A stretch of 64,000 nt of DNA from Eremomyces bilateralis CBS 781.70 (taxonomy: Eukaryota), in assembly GCA_010015585.1 (NCBI GenBank), contig ML975164.1; one strand, 5' to 3'. Each line of letters opens with the position of its first letter. Within the stretch, counting starts at the first letter, position 1. A program made the translations under genes and the position numbers. The notes beneath the pieces were generated by a model. That model worked only from the letters and a program-made list of their open reading frames with translations. It made no database searches and was not told the DNA's origin. Shown piece by piece: positions 26,606 to 39,494 of this stretch.

Positions 26606-27566
26606 TCAATCACCACTTCTTGCTCGCGCTCTCGGTCCCGCCGGAGGCGGCGAAGGAAACACGAATGGCTCACTTCTCCCTGTGGTCGGAGTCATTGCCC
26701 TTCGCGCCTCCACCGGACTCCAATCCCAATGCCCAGTACTCGGCACCACACCCGCTTCTTCGCTGGTCACCAACCTCACGCCCCCCATCCTCTGCCTATC
26801 CCGCTCCCGCTCCCACTCCCTCGCTTCCTTCATCCCTTCCACCCTCCTCTTCTCGAACTCCGCGACGAGGTTCTTGAAATACAGCTCCGCTGCCGCGGTG
26901 GCGGAGTACTGGATCGGGGTCCATCGATTCCGGTTCTGCGCGAGCGGGGAGGCGCCGTGTTGGAGGAGTAATCGGATCGCCTTCAGCTCGCCGGCGGCGG
27001 AGGCGTGGTGGAGTGCGGTGTTTCCGTCTGCGTCGGCCTGGGCAAGGTCGGCTGGATGGTCGGCGGCAAGGAGGATCGGGAGCAGGGGAAGAGCGCCGCT
27101 TTTGCAGGCGAGCATGAGCTGAATCATATATGAGAAAACATAGACCGCTATACGAGGATATATGGATATACGTACTGCATCCTGTTGTTTACTATTCGCC
27201 CACGGTACGCATCTTGGGAAGGTTTCGATGAGCATTTGCGCAATGTCGACATGGCCGGCCTCAGCTGCCGTCATCAAAGGGGTGTTTCCGTCGCCATTAT
27301 AGGATATCGTTTCGTCGTCATGGCCGGCTTCAACGAGGAATTCCTATGTACTGATGAGACGTCATTTCTAGTACAAGGGAGTTGCTTTAGGTACTTACAG
27401 CTATCTCAATGAAGCCTTGTTTACATGCCAGATGCAATGAGGTGTTACTCTTGTCACCATAGTCGGGATTCTGCAACACATTGGGGTTGCTGCGAACTAT
27501 CCGCTGTACAAGACGGAGGTCATTGCGGACGATGGCGCGCCGAAGACGCGTGCAAACATTGATCAT
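26606..27566 (-). CDS. AVO2: Ankyrin-repeat protein, TORC2 subunit Avo2-like
   Basis: ATG at 27566, MINVCTRLRRAIVRNDLRLVQRIVRSNPNVLQNPD..SNTSLHLA, resembles the Avo2 N-terminus. Ankyrin repeats GNTPLMTAAEAGH and DGNTALHHASAAG. Introns 27344-27398 and 27119-27175. Confidence 0.82.
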
Positions 27567-30500
27567 AACGGTCTAGAGCATGCTATCAGAGAAAGACTCT
27601 TGAAGTTATGCATTTCTACGACCGATCTCCAGCGTTATGACACCAAAGATCGCGTGCATGTGTGTTTAATTCACCAATATCGACCTGATCAGATCAGGGG
27701 AAGGAGGATGTTGATGACATCACGTGTTGTGGTATGTCGACCGAGGGACGAGCTATCAGGAACTGGTAAATTCCCCTGCCCGACATCGAACAATAGTTGG
27801 TACTATTATTAAGTGAGCTGGAGGTAACCTAGATGGATTCATATCTTTGTGGTAACTATCGTTCTTTTGAGATGTAGTTCAATTGCTTGCCTTGACACCA
27901 TATTAGGGGGGATACAATATCCCCAGCTGCCAATGGCACCGAAACATCGCATAACCCCTAATGCACAAAACAACATGGCCAGTTCAGGCTTTCTAGAATT
28001 TCAATACATCTTCTATTACTGATAGATCAAGGGCTGCATTACATGGCTTTGTATAAAGACATTCTTGAACAAGATGCCACCGAGCCCTAGTACTCCTCTG
28101 TACAAATTCCAAGCGATGTTCGGGGGCTGGAGGGGGGATGTATTTCATTCTTAGTCGAAGATGCTAGGACGACCTCCTTCAGTTGTCATTAAGCGAGGTG
28201 AAATGTAAAAGTGCCATCGGTTCGCGTGCAGCAACCAGCATACATCAACCTCCGGGGTCCAGCATGGGGTTGCGTGCCTGTTGTTCGAACACCGTTCCCC
28301 CTCGACGGCACTGTTTGTCATACATACATATCTGCAAGCCCCCTCTCTTTCTTCACCAATGCTTTAACGGAGCAGCAAATATCCTCCGCCAAATCGAGGA
28401 TTCCACGGGACGGGTTGGCGGGAAGCAGTTTCAGTCTGTGCTGAACGGATAGTCGATTCCACAAGTTCGATGTTTGGTTCAAATATTGACCTGTAGTAGT
28501 TTTAGTGAAAAGCATATGATGTATGGACCACGTTATGGGGAGGCTGGGTCCTGGGGGGGTGCCGGTCCCTGGACTTTCTAGACGTCGTTTCCAGAGGACG
28601 ATTCCCATGTAATTATACATGAACCAATACTCTGTCTCGGAAGGATTTCCAAACATTGGTGTAGTGATCTTAGTGGTGAATGGTTCCTGGGAAGGAGGGT
28701 TCCTGGGAAGGGAGACTCAGGCATTATCTCATTCAAGTTTGCTCTTCATGCAACAATCCCGCGTAGCAGACATACATACCGATACATTCTTTTAAGTTCT
28801 ATCGGAATACCTTATGGTGACACCAAATGCTCATAATACAATCAGTGCACGACAGACGGATCGGGTCTGGTCATGTGGTACTCAGGCATGAGGCCTGAAG
28901 GTCGGCTAAGGCTATGATGGGCTCACCCCTGGAAGCTTCCGCCCACCAATAGTCCACAACAAGCCGTTCGTGCCCTGACTCCTGAAGGTTGACTGCTGAG
29001 GGACAACTGTCGGCATTCTCCTAGCGAGGCAGATCCAAGGTGAGCTTCATTATTAAATTGCGAAGTGATGTTCTCCCACGCATGACGTCGATCACAAGCC
29101 TTCCTTGTCTCTCAACAATGGAGTCGAAACCCCAAAGGTGGTTGGTACCGAATGGAGACTACAGACACGAAGGAGCTGCCTGGGGCTCTGGGCCTTGGCC
29201 CTTAGGGAGCGAGGGGCGCGGGATGAGAATTGAAGAGGGCTTGCAACTTGCAAGGGCTTGGACACATCGGCACATGCAGTTTGATCGAAATTAGGGCCCA
29301 TCACAGACCCCAAGTCCGGAATTTTTCTATTTTGGTGTCTGACTGGTTGTCGAGCGGAATTCTCCTGGCAAGAGGCATGCCTTAGCGGAATAGCGGCGAG
29401 CGACATCTTGGTGTCACACATACCAACGCACACATCCTCCACCCACACACAACGCTCATGTTGTAGTTCGTTGTGCCATTGGCCACGAGATAGGAACCTT
29501 ATCCATTGCTTTTTGTGTAAGGTGTGGTTCGGAGGTTTTGCGACTTCAGGGCTGACAGTTGATTCAGACCGGTAAGCAGTAGGAATGGGGAAACCCTGTA
29601 TCAGACTTAGGTACCATATCGGGCGGGGACTTACTATGTAATACGCCCAGGCAGTGGCTGAAGCTGGCAAGCGCCATACTACGTATGCATCATGACTGGT
29701 CAAATTCCTTCTTGCGAACTGGGGGGAGGATACGATTATTACGAGGGCACTGCGCGTCGCTCGTTGGAAGCCATGGAGGAGATCCCAACAATATTACTCC
29801 TAATCAGAGCACGAAACCGAATGGCGTTCCCAACCCATGGGGTATGATGGAACAGGAAATGCTTGACAGATGGGGCAGGTCTTGGACGACAGCAATAATA
29901 CTATCTGTCACATCTCACATCTGACTTCCATTGTTTACTGCCAGTGTGATCAGATCTTCAATTCTCCACCGACCACCGACCACTGACCACCACGCACCCC
30001 TACTCCCTCGAGGTTATGCTACCTAGGGTTGCCGAATCACCTTTCACCATCCGTAGGAATAGCACATCCACTGAGCATCCAGTATTATCCCCCGATTTCC
30101 AGCGCCATCCCACTAGGTAACAATTAACGAGTAACGACCAAGACAAACTCGTGTGGAGTGGTGGTGGTCTGCGCTGGAGGGAAAAAGCATTGCGATCTGT
30201 GCTCCATGTACTGCACAGCGTAACTTGTATGTCCAACCACCAACGGTCCCTCGTGTTTGTCCAGACTTTGTCCCAGGCTTCCAGACCTTTCTCGCTCTCC
30301 ACCTCGTCTTCCTTTGTAGAACTCCCCACGACATGGTCATTCTGCTTCAACTTCTAGATCAATCCGTGGCCATATGCTTCGTCTAAATTCCATTGGAGAC
30401 GTTGCATAATACTTGCATCTCAAGAACACACCGCCTACGTCGGATACTTCCTCCCACTACCCTTGACCTCGGACCCTGCGCTCCCTGCCACTGGCCGTCG

Positions 30501-32176
30501 CGCTTCTTTCACTTGCATTCTCCACCACTGGCCAAAACTGCACTGCTGGACCGTCGAGCCATTTGGAGTTAATTGACTCTAGCGGTATTATACCTGACAC
30601 TGCCAGGCTTTCTGAATCGCGCATCTGAATCGCGCATCCACTGATTTGCACGCTCTCTATCATCATCGACCATTTTTCATCCTATCAGATGGTCCAATCT
30701 AGGCGCATTCCTCCCTGCTTCCCTCTGTCTTAACTCTTACTGGGTATCTCTCTCGCTCGTTCATTCTCCTTACAAACCTGCTCCTACGATCGCTATTCGC
30801 CTCGTCTGGTCTGGGCCATCCGCTTCCCTGACCTTGACTTGACGGTTCCTCTCACTCAAAAACACCCGATTTCCTGTGGCTTGGCCTAAATTATTGCCCG
30901 AGTCACCGCTAATCTTGGCCCGAATATCATTAGCTTGCGATCAACGCACGTATTCGGTGTTTTTGACCCGCATCTTGAAAATACTTGCCGACTCATCTGT
31001 TGTGCGGCTCGTTCAACGTCGAGTACCTACTGGTTCACAGTTTCACACGAAGTTGGGGAACGCGTCTCTGGGACGATTTACTATCTCATATTCATCTGGG
31101 TTTCAGGACTGGGGAGAGATCTTCTGGATTAACAAGCCGGCGTGCGCCATCGATACCATTCATCTGGGTTTTGGACCTCACGGCGTCACTACCTGGACTT
31201 TGGAACAACGTTCAAATCGCTAGGATATCAGGGCACCCAATCGCGAATGTCTCAGCTTCACCATCATCGAAAGAAGCGTCATTCTCTGTATCCATGTCCA
31301 TGGTAAGAGAACGCTGGCCGAGGGATCTTTGCCACGTTGTTTTAGTCTGACCCGTCCTTTACCGTGGACGGCTTTGTCCGGTTGGCCAGCACAGAATATA
31401 CTTCTTCTCCACCTCCATTTGGTCGAACCCTTGGGGACAAGAGCGACCTGACCTCGAGGAACCCTACTTGACTCAGATCAACTAGTCCAGGATACCCTCG
31501 CCCGCCTGTTCAAGGTTCTGACTTCAGGCCTGGAGTTTGAACGTCGAAGATTCTCCCTCCAACTTTGCCGGAATCGACCGTCAGGAGGAGGAAAAGGAAG
31601 TCAAAGCACTTGAGCGATCCCCACTCGTTTCCATCGAACCGCTCACAGCGTTCAAGCCCTCCCCAGGAATTGCCACTTTCATCGAAGCCTTGCATTAACC
31701 GTTAAGGATCGCCGTGGTTGCAGGCTTGCAGGTTGCAACTCGACCGCTTGGAGACCTTGCTGGAAAAGAGAAACCTCCGTCTCTTTAAGAATCAAGAATC
31801 CAACATCACCCCATTTTCGATTCCTTCGTACCGGGTCCGGTTTCCTTGCACATTGGATCACCGAGCTTTTTCCCCGCCATATCAAGATTGATCCAACCTG
31901 GAAAATCCTGAAGCGTGTCTTACGTCGGTATCGCTTGTGCAACCACTCCACCCGTCGAACCGGTCTGCGATTCTCAGCATCATCTGCCTCTTGCGTTATC
32001 CTGTGTGAATTGTCCCACACTGCGACACGTGCATGATTCACCAACCTCTCAGCCCTCAGTCCTCAGCTGGTTAGAGCGTCTGGCCACAGCCACCCCAGTT
32101 TTTCCCAACCTTTGACGTCGGCTGTGCGGATCCGATTCGGCAGGGCGCATGGCATGGTTCATATCTTTTTATAAGG

Positions 32177-35100
32177 ATGGTGGACGTTGATCCGCGGGAC
32201 ATCAAGCGCCCGCGTTACGAGAACTACTATCCTCCTGCGCAACATCAACCACCCAATATCGGTGGCCCTCAACCGCATTCATCTTCCACTCCAGGACCTC
32301 CTCCACCACCTGGCGGATATCCATACGGTCATCCGCCACCATCGTTTGCCTCACGTCCGCCGCCCCCTCCTCATGTGCCCGCTCCGCGTGAACCCAGCCG
32401 CGAACCTCCGATCGCCAGTGAACCAACTGTGACTGCCTCCGGTCCCGATGTTAGGCTCCATGGCGCGCCAGTGAACAATCCGGGGAGGAACTTTCCGATC
32501 GAGACCCGAGTTCCTCCAAACACCGCCCAAGGCCCACCGGAGATGCAGCGGCCGCCGTCGGGTCAAGGTCCGCCTCGCGAGCTACCCCCTCCAAACCTTG
32601 GGCAAGGCTTTCCGACTCCAGGACCGCCGATTCCAGCGCCGGGACCGCCAAATATGCCACCAATGGAGCAACCAGGTCCCCATGTTCCGTTCCAACCCCC
32701 CCCCGCCTACCCTCCTGAGCAAATGCCGAACGGAGTTGGACCCAATGGCTTCCATGTGGCCCACCATGCGGAAGGATTCCATCCCCATCCCCCTCATTTC
32801 CCGCAAACGCAAGGACCGGTGATGTTCGCGCAATATGCAGCCCCTACGGCAGGAGAGTCGGCGTCGGCGTCCAAGAAACGCCAGACTCGAGCGCAAGTGG
32901 CTTGCACCAACTGTCGGGCAAAGAAACAGCGGTGCGATGAAGTGAAGCCGTTTTGTTCGTACTGCAAGCAAAACGACTTGACGTGTCATTACACCGACGT
33001 TGCGGCGCCAAAGTAAGTGCCGGGTTCTGTGAAGTATCACGGCGGGAATGCTAATGCGATGCAGAGCGGATAAGCAGCTGAATGACCTGCAGGGCTATCT
33101 AAAAGACGGTTTCGATATGATGCAGCAAACGCTGCAGCATTTCAATCGAAGATTTGAGCGCATTGATGAGAAGCTCAATCTACCGCCGATGGATCTGGAG
33201 ATGCAATCCCCTCGCAAGGCTGACCCAGATCCGGATTCTGATACTATGGAAGACGTGGATGAGCCAAAACCCCTCCTTGGGAAACGCCCACCCGCTCTCC
33301 ATCGGCATTCGATTGCGGAGGGAATGGCGGACCCATCGCAGGCTCGTCCCGAGTTTGCTCGACCGGCTGAATTACACGGCACTCCCGGCGTGGCCAAGCA
33401 ATCAGTGGATCCTGATACGGATCCATTGGCAGAAAAGCGTGCCGTTGAAGAAACCCCGGCGGAGGGTTCAGACGAACACAGGACGGGCGTCCATCATCTG
33501 GTGAAGGAGTGGAAAGCTATTCGAGACCTGTTCCGCGCGTGCGGTATAGACAGTAAGAATTATGCATCGGACTCTGAGGTTCGACAGGGAGCGATCCGGT
33601 TGTATGGTATCGGTCAGGGTCGCGAGACGGACCTGAATGTCATTCAGTCGCCCTCTAGTACGCATCCGATGGAAGATGTCAGTCCGGCGCCGTCCGGGCC
33701 CGATCGAGACGGGCTGTGGGGCGGGTTATTCCAGATGAAGCCGAATCTCGATTTCCGATCCGGAAGCTCGATGCAAAGTGAGCATATCGGCGGGCTCAAT
33801 CCGGATGGATCGCTGAATCTGGATGCGGCGGTCGTTCGACGGCTAAAACTATCATATCTCAACACGATGCATACCCTCCATCCTTTCCTCCCGGCCGACG
33901 AGCTCAACATAATTGTGGAATCCTTCATCGCACACTACAGCCCTCAAAATTCCCCCAGGTTCGTCCATGCGGGCCTATCAGGAGGGACATTCGAGGCTGC
34001 GGGAATGAAGCGGAAGCACTCGTCAGGTGGGTATACCAGCCGGCAAACGCCCGACCGTACGATCAAGAACGCCGTCGTATTGCTCGTCATGGCCCTCGGG
34101 AAGATGCTTGAGTATACGGAATGGCTTCCTCCTATCCCGCTTGGACCCGACGAGCACCCTCATCCGCAATCACCTTGGAACCACACCAGCGTCGAGTCAC
34201 CGCCCGGATTCGTCCGTCCGTCGCCTCCGTCGTCGGGGAGTGGGTATCCCTCGCCGATGATGGACCACCACACACCAGGAAGCCGACGACCCTCGAGTGG
34301 CGGCTTGCCGCCCGATCGGCGGGATGCAGGTCATGTTCCGTATTCGGAGACGCCGAGGAGAAACGTGGACATCATCCCAGGACTGGCGTATTTTTCCCAC
34401 GCGAGCGGGATTCTTGGGGACCACATTTCGGCGATCGGACTGGCGACCATTCGAGATGTCCATGCGTATCTGCTCGGTGGCCTGTACATGGGACAGCTGT
34501 GCCGACCGCTTCAGAGCCATAACATGATTCTGATGGCGTCTCGGCTGTGTCTGAACATCGTTCGATTGTAAGGATCCAGCAACTTCCTAAGTGCCCTTGA
34601 CCCTGCTAACTCGGGAAGGGATATCGACTGCCTTCGAAACGAAGCTACCGAGGCGTACAAACCACCGAAGCCTACCACTCCATGGAAGGCTCGAGATCTC
34701 GAGAACATCAAATTCGTGTACTGGACATGTCTCCAGCTAGAGGGGTACGATACAGATTGCGCGGTCACGATTTTCGCGCCGACTAACGCTGCTTGTAGCG
34801 ACATTCGAGCCGAGTTTGATGAGTTCGAGGCCAGCGGTATCACCAAATATAGCAGCGATATCGGCTTTCCACACAAAGTGACGCCACCGGCGCATTTGAG
34901 AGAGGAGATTCCGGTGTACGACGATAACTCCAGCCCAGAGAATCGAATGATTAGGTACTACAGCATGCAGAACTACCTCCGAGTGCAGCTGAATCGGGTC
35001 CATTCGAACCTCTACACCATCGGTAAGACCCACCCTTGTCCTGTTTTTGGTTCAAATATTTAATCCAAGGCATTGATCGTGCAGATCGGAAATCGATGAT

Positions 35101-35937
35101 CTATAACTCGGTGAAACTCCAAAAAGTCATCTACAACGGCGTGATCCTATGGCGGGATTCTCTCCAGCGCCTCGCACCATTCATGGCTTGGTCCGACGTC
35201 CACCACCTATCGACTGTGCTCAACGACGCCCGGATTCGCGGCAAGTTCTACGGCAGCGGCTACGTTATATCTCGGCCATATCTCCATCAAGCGATCCATA
35301 GCTTCTCGAAAGAGCAGATCGACCAACTGGAACCCGGGGTGTTGTCGTCTCAATGCGAGATGCTCCCCGATCTCCCGCCGTTTGGCTCGGAGATCACGAA
35401 AGAGCAGACGCTCATTCCGAAGCCGGAGGAAGTGGTGATGGCGGCCAAATGCTGTTTATGGTTTGCGCAGAAGAGTACGACGGTGTTTGATGGGTTGAAA
35501 GGCCGGTGGTTGATCACCAACGTACACGGAACCATCACTGCGTATGTATCCTTTCCATTTCACCTGGAGCTTCTGCATCTCCATCTTTCTCTTCTCCCTC
35601 ACGCATAACCACCACACCGGGCTAATTCTCGACCAGGCAATTCGGCAACGTGCTCGTCCTCTACGCCGCCCACCAATCGTTCCTCCGCAAGTGCATCCCC
35701 ACTCACGAACTAATCCGACTCATGGACCGCACCATCGACATTTTGGACCATCTCTCCAACCTCTCCAACATCATGCGAATCAACGCAATGATCTTAAAGA
35801 AGGCCCGCGCCATCATCTCGGGTTCCGAACCGACGCCGGATTACCCGGATACCCCGGTAGATCATTTCACCAACCCGAACCCGAGGGCGGCGAGCTTGCC
35901 GCACTCGGCGAATACGTCCTTCGGCCGTGGGTCGTAA
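32177..35937 (+). CDS. Zn(II)2Cys6 fungal transcription factor with a Pro-rich N-terminus
   Basis: ACTNCRAKKQRCDEVKPFCSYCKQNDLTC C6 cluster and middle-homology motifs (MHTLHPFL, IPGLAYF, YWTCLQLE, ARIRGKFYG, LITNVHGT). Introns 33013-33064, 34568-34618 and approximately 34745-34798, 35023-35069, 35542-35636. The true start may lie further upstream (see findings). Confidence 0.9.
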
Positions 35938-37243
35938 GTTGAAGGTGTTGGTGATTATGGACCACCGTTTTTGCCTAAGTTCGGAAACTGACGGAGAGTG
36001 TCCCCTCTCTGATCTCAAACTCTCGCTTCTACCAAGCAGTCTGACCGCTATCGAAGAAATATCCTCCGCCTTGATCTCATCTTGGCACTCGAACCTCACG
36101 GCTTTCCCTTTAGCCGAATTAACGGCCTCATATTGTTTATTCGCGCTAGACTGGAACCTCCCACTCCGCATGTTGCATAGAGATACCCGGGAATCAGCAT
36201 GGTTTGACAGAGTTGCTAGACTCTCTTTTGTACTTGTATTGGCCTGCTACGGCTTACCTGTACTTATATATGTTCGAGGTTGCAAGACCCATATCAGAAC
36301 ATCCACGCTCTCGGCGATTCTCTTCTCTTACTCCCATCCACACGAGATGTAACTGACATCATCATCCGACCCTACAGAATCTCTACAGTCTTTTGCTTGT
36401 TTACTATCTCCTTGTTTTACGGACCCATACGATAATCGAAGTATGCCGGGGATATCTATCGGTTCGTTTCCTTTCAGCTCCAGCTATTTGCGTTTCCTAC
36501 TCCATTGATACCACTAGCGCCATCCGTACACGGTGTTGGTTGCCATTTCCTGACTCTCGTTGGTGGGCGGCTACCGTTGAGTTCTCGAGCGTCATGTTTG
36601 TGTTATTCACTGGGCGGCTTGCACTGAATTTTGATAGATTACAGCATATTTTCTCGCGATTGTCATGTTTCCTCTCGGTTTCTTTTTTCCGGTTCTCGTG
36701 GGTTCTGGTTGCGGCGGTGGGATTCGGGAGGGGGTCGGGAAGCAGATTGTTGAGCACGGGGGGTTGGGCCGGGTTATTCTACAGCTGGAGGAAACTGTGC
36801 GAGCGCTACTGTCGTGTAAGATTGGGTGGGTGATGTTTCTTATTGTTGCGGCTGTTGCGCTTGGAAATACATGCGAGGGGTCATGGAGTGGTCGGGAATG
36901 AACATGCGTTCCAGCGAACATCCCAGTGGAGGAATCCATGGCCCTGATACATGTCTACGGTCCGGTTGAGGCGAATTCAGGGTTCGTTTTAGCGGATGCT
37001 TGGGAATAGGGAAGCAATATACCACATCGTAGGCGCATAGTTGAGAAGCAAATGGGCGCTACATAGTCCTTTCGGCAAGTTCAAATACCAAAGCAGTTAA
37101 TTAACATTCGCTATCGGAGCTCGTCCTACCACGAAATGAAACGTTTCGACAGTCCGATCCATTTTTTCTGTAGTCAACTCGCTACTGGACCATCCCACTC
37201 GAACTGGGCGCCCAAGAAACATCATCATCCAACAAATAACGTC

Positions 37244-39148
37244 TTAACGACCCATTCGGATCACTCCGGCGGCCATCAGCTTTTGAATCGACGTTTTCAC
37301 TTGCGGGTTCCTCATATGCTCCGACAGGGCTTGCGGGTCACCCTTCGCCTGTTGGAGAATAGATTGCATGACCGGATCCTGCAAGATTTGAAGAATCTGT
37401 AGTACAGTTCGTTAGTCAATCTGGTTGTTATGTAAGGGAACGTTCGGGACTCACCTCTGGATCCCTCTGGATCCTCTCCATGGTCTGCTCCTCCGTCTCG
37501 CCCTCCCTCGCCGAAAACTGCGCCGCGATGGCCTTCTCTTTCTGCTGCTCGATCTCCCGCCTGTTCTTCCCTTCGGTATCCTGGTCCTCTGCCTCCGAGC
37601 ACACATCCAAACACTTGTTATACTCCCGCATAGCGAACAGCGCCTGCGCCTTGCGGATGTACGCGCGAATGAACTTCGGATCCCGCTTGATCGCCTCATC
37701 GCAATCCTGCACGGCCGATGGGAACGACAACAGCTTGACGAAGCACGCCGCCCGATTGGAGTACCCCCGCGCATCCTCGGGCGCGCGCTTGATCATCTCG
37801 CTGTACGCCTCCACGGCGGCGGGCCAGTCGGCCTTCTCGAATTTCTCCTTGCCCAGCAGGCGCGCCTCCTCGGCCAGCGCAGGGTCGATGTACGCGTTCC
37901 GCTCAGCGGTGATCTTCGACTTCTCGGCGGCGCGTAGCTTGGCGAGGACCTCAGGGGTGCGGTGTTCGGTGAGGGAGCTCTGGTAGTTCTTGATGGCGTT
38001 GGGGAAGTCGTGGAGTCTCTCGTAGGCGGTGCCGATACGGCCGAAGGCGCGGGCGATGAGCTTGAAGTCGGCGAGGATCTCGCGGCCGTAGGCGATGGCT
38101 TGGTTGCAGGCGGCGATGCAGCCTTCGTAGTCGCCTTTCTCGAACTTGGCGGCGCCGAGGTTGGTGAGATAGGAGATGTCCTGGTGGAGGTCCCAGGCTT
38201 TGGTGTAGTGCTCGATGGCGGTGTCGAATTGGCGTTTCTTGTAGGCGTCGGTGCCGAGTTTCTTTTCCTGGTCGGCTTTTTCTTTGGCTTGGCGTTTCGC
38301 GATGGCGTCCTCATCTTCCGGTTCCGGTTCAGGTTCCGGCTGCTTTTGTGGTTTTGAGGGTTCCGGACGCGCGTCGGGCATCGACACATCTTCTTCTGCT
38401 TCCCTGGCCTGCCCAGCTTGTTGTGCAGCATCCTCGGGGTTTCCGAATGACATGTCAATCCCCAACAGCACGCTCATGACTGACAAGAACCTGGGATCCC
38501 GCATCTCCATGCCGATTGCCTGGGGGTTATTTTTCACCCGTTGCAGCTTCGCCATGAACTCGGGATCAGCCAGGAGTCCGCTCGTCTTCGGGTTCGCGGC
38601 GAGCTTCTGCATGAGTTGCGGGTCGTTGAACATGTTTCCTAGTCCTCCCATCGGATCGCTTTCGGCTCCGTCTGCTTTTGCCTCGTTTTCGAGGGCTCGC
38701 TTCACTGAGTCCAGTCCGTTCTTGGCTTGGGCATTGTTTGGGTCCAATTTCAGCGCCTCATCGTAGGCGTCGTGAGCACCAACTAAGCGAATTAGCACTT
38801 CATACTGTATATTCAAAGCAGTTCCAGCTTACTTAGATCGCCTTTGCCATGCAGCGCGGCACCTTTCCGGCCCCAACCCTTCGCCCAGTCCGGCTTGACC
38901 TCCGTCGTCTTCTCTGCATCCTCATACGCCCTGTCGAAGTTCTTCAGCGATGCATAGGCTCCGGAGCGGTTGGAATAAAGGACATGATTTGATGGATCGA
39001 GCTTGATCGCTTCGGAGAACTTTTCACTGTTCAAACCCGTCAGTATGTAATGAACATCTCTCATGATGTTGTGGGGTGCTCACATCGCCTCGTCGAACTT
39101 CTTTTCGGCGAAGAGCTTGTTGCCTTCGGCTTTGAGAGCATCGGCCAT
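37244..39148 (-). CDS. STI1: Hsp70/Hsp90 organising co-chaperone Sti1/Hop (TPR and DP domains)
   Basis: [22 protein letters not shown].., TPR1 [12 protein letters not shown] repeats, TPR2A/2B ([15 protein letters not shown]) and C-terminal [23 protein letters not shown]. Introns 39027-39083, 38783-38832 and 37397-37454. Confidence 0.97.
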
Positions 39149-39278
39149 TATTGTAGAGCGGGTCGGTATTATTCTCGAGCTTCGTATTTACAGATTAGAT
39201 TTGGGTTGTGGTGAAACAAGGAGAAGTGAGGGAGAAGTTGAAGTAGAAGCAGGTCGAAGGGTCGAAGCAGCTCCAGAC

Positions 39279-39293
39279 TTTCCAGAGAATTCC
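39279..39293. promoter_or_regulatory. Putative imperfect heat-shock element upstream of STI1
   Basis: tTTCc aGAGa aTTCc shows nTTCn-nGAAn-nTTCn spacing with one mismatch, about 130 nt upstream of the STI1 ATG. STI1 is an established HSF target in fungi. Confidence 0.45.
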
Positions 39294-39362
39294 ATGAGAC
39301 CCTGACGGAGATCTGGCCGCTAAACCCGAAGCGGTAGTGACATCAACGGCTATTCAGCGAAC

Positions 39363-39394
39363 GATATTTCGATATTTCGATATTTCGATATTTC
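39363..39394. repeat. Perfect tandem repeat (GATATTTC)4
   Basis: Read directly: gatatttc gatatttc gatatttc gatatttc, in the STI1/DHNA divergent intergenic region. Confidence 0.95.
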
Positions 39395-39494
39395 CATTGG
39401 CCTGCTGCTCCTCCGTCCCGACTATAGAAAGAGCTTGGATATGTTGTTTATGGTCTAAATACCGCACGTAAAATCATTCTTTCAAGGTGGTAAG

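Noticed and set aside
28682..28713. Direct repeat GGTTCCTGGGAAGG x2 (also CCACCGA repeats near 29966-29993)
   Set aside because: These are short slippage repeats without spacers; they are neither CRISPR nor LTR structures.
29092..29703. 203-aa minus-strand ORF in the AVO2/TF intergenic region
   Set aside because: Non-ATG start in the track, no coding-like bias and no recognisable domain.
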